A DNA stretch of 64,000 bases from positions 2,244 to 66,243 of the forward strand of contig CAJBKE010000065.1 in NCBI GenBank assembly GCA_903953565.1, written 5' to 3'. The notes beneath the pieces are model-generated. The model was given only the letters and a program-made list of their open reading frames with translations, was not told the DNA's origin and made no database searches. Below are positions 60,650-64,000 of the stretch, piece after piece (position 1 is the first letter of the stretch; each line of letters opens with the position of its first letter). The position numbers were made by a program, and so were the translations under genes. Origin of the DNA: an uncultured Verrucomicrobiota bacterium. Its GTDB lineage: Bacteria > Verrucomicrobiota > Verrucomicrobiia > Chthoniobacterales > JACTMZ01.

Positions 60650-61582
60650 TCAATGCGCGCGCTTGCGCTTGGCTGTTTCCGCCGGCGCGCCGGCAACCCG
60701 GGCCAAAACACGCACTCCCTCGTGCGCGAATTGCCGCTCGGCCGTGACAACGAAAAGTTCCTCGTGGATTCCCGTGCGCAATGGAAGCGTCCTGAGACCA
60801 TAGCGCTTGCCCGCCGAGGCCAGCATCGGCGCGGGCAAAGGCGCGGCGCCCGCACCGTCCGCCGCCATCTCGCACATGGCCGCCGCATCGTCGAATTCGG
60901 CACGAATGTCGGGACGGATTCCTTCGTCCGCCCACCAACGATCGAGTTCACGGCGGAGCGGCGATTCGCGAGTCGGCACAAGGACAGGGAATCCATCGAG
61001 TCCGGAACGCGGACGGAATCTTTTCGCCAGTGCCGGCGCGGCAACGAACGAGACACCGAACCTTCCCGCACGGCGGCTGAAGAGTGCTGTTTTCAGCGAG
61101 GCAGGCGGCGGCTCATTGGCCACGACAAGATCGATCTGGTGCGCCATGAGCGCCGGATAAAGTTCCCCGGGCAGCCCCTCCCTCACCACGACACGCAAAT
61201 CAGGAGCTTCGTGGCGGGCGCGGATGACGATGGACGAGACGAGCAGCTTCGGCACGGCATCGCCGATCCCGAGGTGCACCGTTTGCGGTCCGATGGGCGC
61301 GCCCCGCCGCACCACCTCGATCATTTCATCACCCAAATCGAACACGCGCTCCGCGTAGCGCCGCACGACCCGGCCCGCGTCGGTCGGGATGAGCTTGCGC
61401 CCCTCGCGGAGGAAAAGCGGCGTCGCCAAGAATTCCTCCAACTCGCGCACCTGCGCACTGAGAGTCGGCGGGGAAACACGGAGAGCCCGGGACGCCGCCG
61501 TGACTCCGCCCTCCGCCGCCACGGCGAGAAAGTAGCGGAGGTGGTGGTAATTGAGCTGGAGATGTATTCGGTTTTTCCGCAT
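60650..61582 (-). CDS. nhaR: LysR-type regulator, NhaR-like (start codon uncertain)
   Basis: LNYHHLRYF, LSAQVRELE, D.VPKL, AEFDD. Confidence 0.82.
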   Translation of the reverse strand: MRKNRIHLQLNYHHLRYFLAVAAEGGVTAASRALRVSPPTLSAQVRELEEFLATPLFLREGRKLIPTDAGRVVRRYAERVFDLGDEMIEVVRRGAPIGPQTVHLGIGDAVPKLLVSSIVIRARHEAPDLRVVVREGLPGELYPALMAHQIDLVVANEPPPASLKTALFSRRAGRFGVSFVAAPALAKRFRPRSGLDGFPVLVPTRESPLRRELDRWWADEGIRPDIRAEFDDAAAMCEMAADGAGAAPLPAPMLASAGKRYGLRTLPLRTGIHEELFVVTAERQFAHEGVRVLARVAGAPAETAKRKRAH

Positions 61583-61612
61583 GTTGTGTACGTTTATTCG
61601 TAATATCCGCAT
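61565..61612. promoter_or_regulatory. Candidate LysR operator pair in the divergent nhaR/terC control region
   Basis: TATTCG-N6-CCGCAT at 61565-61582 and again at 61595-61612, 30 bp apart. Confidence 0.5.
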
Positions 61613-61666
61613 TGTTTGCCACGGGTCAACCTCTCCCTTTTGCCGCAACCAACCGCAATACATCTT

Positions 61667-62593
61667 ATGCCCGAAATTCCTCTGACCTGGTGGGTGGCGT
61701 TCAACGCCTTCGTCATCACCATGCTCGCCCTCGACCTGGGCGTGTTCCACCGCAAGGCGCACGCCGTTTCCATGAAGGAGGCGCTCGGTTGGTCGGCCGT
61801 GTGGATTGCCATGGCCCTCGCTTTCAACGTGTGGGTCTGGTTCCAACTCGGACCGCAAAAGGGCACGGAATTTCTCACCGGCTACCTCATCGAGAAATCG
61901 CTTTCCGTCGACAACGTCTTTGTTTTCGCCGTTCTCTTCACTTTCTTCGGGATTCCGGCGCAATACCAGCACCGCGTGCTCTTCTGGGGGATCTTCGGCG
62001 CGCTGGTCCTGCGCGCGGCCATGATTTTTGCCGGCGCGGCCCTGATCAGCAACTTCACCTGGATCATCTACGTCTTCGCCGCGCTACTTGTCTTCACCGG
62101 CATCAAGATGCTCATGGGCCAGCACGAAGCGATCGATCCCGAGAAAAACTTCGCCATCCGGCTGCTGCGCCGCTTCATGCCCGTGACCAAGGAGTTCCAC
62201 GGCCAGAAGTTCTTCGTCCGCCAGAACGGCGTCCTCGCCGCCACCCCGCTTTTCGCCGTCCTCCTCTGCATCGAGGTGACCGACGTGATCTTCGCGGTCG
62301 ATTCCATCCCGGCGATCTTCGCCATCACGCAGGACACCTTCATCGTCTACACTTCGAACGTCTTCGCCATCCTCGGCCTGCGCGCCCTTTACTTCGCGCT
62401 CTCGGGAATCCTGCCCTACTTCCACTTCCTCAAATACGGGCTCGGCATCATCCTTGTCTTCGTCGGCGTCAAGATGTCTCTGGCCCACAGCGCCTTCAAA
62501 ATCGACACCATGGTGTCCCTCGTCGTCGTCGCCTCGATCCTTGCTTTGTCGGTCATCACCTCGGTGGTTCACCGACGGATGAGTGAAAAATAG
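61667..62593 (+). CDS. TerC/Alx family membrane protein
   Basis: LALDLG, GYLIEKSLSVDNVFVF, QHRVLFWGI, D.IFAVDSIPA, SNVFAILGLRALYF. Confidence 0.95.
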   Translation: MPEIPLTWWVAFNAFVITMLALDLGVFHRKAHAVSMKEALGWSAVWIAMALAFNVWVWFQLGPQKGTEFLTGYLIEKSLSVDNVFVFAVLFTFFGIPAQYQHRVLFWGIFGALVLRAAMIFAGAALISNFTWIIYVFAALLVFTGIKMLMGQHEAIDPEKNFAIRLLRRFMPVTKEFHGQKFFVRQNGVLAATPLFAVLLCIEVTDVIFAVDSIPAIFAITQDTFIVYTSNVFAILGLRALYFALSGILPYFHFLKYGLGIILVFVGVKMSLAHSAFKIDTMVSLVVVASILALSVITSVVHRRMSEK

Positions 62594-62684
62594 ATTCGCG
62601 ACTCAATAATCTTTCAGCTTTACACGGCCGGACGGGGAGGATTGATTCGGCGCCTGCCAGCGGGTAGATAATGCGCCTGACTTC

Positions 62685-62861
62685 ATGAATTCACCCAGAC
62701 CCGCGCGGCGGGTTCTCCTTCAGCCGGCGGTCATCGTCGGTGTCCCCGGCTCCTTCGCCGACCTCTTCGGCCTTCTTCAGCCACTGATCCGGGCGGTCGC
62801 CCTGATCCTTCGCGGGTCTCGGCGGCACCCCAACGGCGGGGACCTCGACCTCACGAGGTGA
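62685..62861 (+). CDS. Possible small protein (58 aa)
   Basis: Open frame MNSPRPARRVLLQPAVIVGVPGSFADLFGLLQPLIRAVALILRGSRRHPNGGDLDLTR* just upstream of the second terC. Confidence 0.3.
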   Translation: MNSPRPARRVLLQPAVIVGVPGSFADLFGLLQPLIRAVALILRGSRRHPNGGDLDLTR

Positions 62862-62887
62862 TCTGACGCCCGAGGCTTTAGAACTGC

Positions 62888-64000
62888 ATGGACATCAATT
62901 TGCTGCTTTGGGGCGGATTTGTTTTCTTCATCCTCGCCCTGCTCGCGCTGGACCTCGGGATCCTGCAGCGCAAACCGCGCGTGCTCGACACGCGCGAGGC
63001 CTTCATCCTCTACGGATCGTGGACCAGTCTGGCGCTCCTCTTCGGCGCGGGCATTTTCTTTTTCCACGAGCGCGGCACGCAGGCCGCGTTGGAATTCTTC
63101 ACCGGATTCCTCGTCGAGCAATCGCTGAGCATCGACAACATTTTTGTTTTTGTCCTCATCTTCAATTACTTCCGCGTTCCGCCGCTCTTCCAGCACAAGG
63201 TCCTCTTCTGGGGCATTCTCGGGGCGATCATCCTGCGGGCCGCGTTCATCCTCGGGGGACTCGCCCTGCTCGAGCGCTTCCACTGGATGATGTACGTCTT
63301 CGGCGCGCTCCTTGTCTTCACCGGCATCAGCATGATGTGGAACAAGGACAAGAAGACCGACCCGGAGAAAAACTGGGTCATCCGCCTGTTCCGTCGCTGG
63401 TTTCCGGTGAGCAAGGAATACGACGAGGGCAAATTCTTCACGCGCCGCTGGGGCGCGCTGACCGCGACACCGCTCTTCGTCGCCCTACTGGCCATCGAAT
63501 CCACGGACATCGTCTTCGCCGTCGACTCCATCCCGGCCATTTTCGCCATCACCCGCGATCCCTTCATCGTCTTCACCTCGAACATCTTCGCCATGATGGG
63601 GCTGCGGTCCCTTTATTTCGCCGTTTCGGGTGTGATGCGCATGTTCCATGCGCTGCACTACGGGTTCGCGTCGATCATCCTCATCCTCGGCGTGAAGATG
63701 CTGGTCAGCGACTTCTACGAGATCCCGGTCGCTGCCTCGCTCATCCTCATTCTCGTCATCCTTCTCGTCTGCATCATCGTCTCACTTCTGCGCCCCCGCG
63801 AGGAGGAGCTCAAGATGCATTTCGAACGGCCCGAGAAACTCGGGCTCATGCCCTTCCGCCGGCTACTGCTCATCGAGAACGTGGTCGATATGGCGGAAAT
63901 CACGGTGCGCGATTCCATGCGGCGCTGCAGCGGAGTCAAATACCTGCGCTTGGATTGGCCGTGGTCGTACAACCTCGCTGCCATCAGTGAGTCGCGCTAT
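62888..64000 (+). CDS. TerC/Alx family protein with C-terminal CBS-like extension (runs off the window; absent from the ORF track)
   Basis: Manual translation: MDINLLLWGGFVFFILALLALDLG...EQSLSIDNIFVF...DIVFAVDSIPAIFAIT...LIENVVDMAEITVRDSM...ISESRY. Confidence 0.88.
   Translation, partial: MDINLLLWGGFVFFILALLALDLGILQRKPRVLDTREAFILYGSWTSLALLFGAGIFFFHERGTQAALEFFTGFLVEQSLSIDNIFVFVLIFNYFRVPPLFQHKVLFWGILGAIILRAAFILGGLALLERFHWMMYVFGALLVFTGISMMWNKDKKTDPEKNWVIRLFRRWFPVSKEYDEGKFFTRRWGALTATPLFVALLAIESTDIVFAVDSIPAIFAITRDPFIVFTSNIFAMMGLRSLYFAVSGVMRMFHALHYGFASIILILGVKMLVSDFYEIPVAASLILILVILLVCIIVSLLRPREEELKMHFERPEKLGLMPFRRLLLIENVVDMAEITVRDSMRRCSGVKYLRLDWPWSYNLAAISESRY

Noticed and set aside
62625-62720. 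yybP-ykoY (Mn) riboswitch upstream of the second terC
   Set aside because: GGGGAG is present but the following UAG and the other conserved elements are not recognisable; an Infernal/Rfam search would be needed
62908-63990. 360-aa Arg/Pro-rich ORF in the ORF track
   Set aside because: Wrong frame; the real gene is the TerC homologue starting at 62888 and running off the window
1-64000. tRNA, rRNA, transposase, prophage or defence genes
   Set aside because: None recognisable by eye; intergenic gaps are short and mostly explained by repeats, promoters and terminators

Overview
A GC-rich bacterial chromosome segment, most likely Verrucomicrobiota (inferred from the PEP-CTERM proteins, a DUF5069-like gene, the rpsL-rpsG-fusA-rpsJ order without tuf, and an alpha2-type GlyRS). 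Bases 2.3-19.4 kb (minus strand) hold the str/S10/spc/alpha ribosomal-protein supercluster. The rest is housekeeping and envelope genes: tolB-pal, cysK, three PEP-CTERM proteins, glgE/amgK/murU, mutL, glyQS, sod, aroE, dapL, xerD, purC, yajC-secDF, zupT, an NhaR-like regulator and two TerC genes. I found no tRNA, rRNA, CRISPR array, transposase or prophage. The most unusual observations are: (1) rpsL has three in-frame stop codons in its first 21 codons; (2) a secreted coiled-coil gene sits inside the S10 operon between rpsS and rplV; (3) several families of REP/REPIN palindromes occur, and one 34-bp module appears in the hairpin loop of two different families; (4) SecY has an extra C-terminal transmembrane helix and S11 a ~100-aa N-terminal extension; (5) an AmgK/MurU-like pair is translationally coupled to glgE; (6) a zupT/nhaR/terC/terC-CBS metal-homeostasis cluster. 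All product calls come from recognising motifs by eye; no database search was run.
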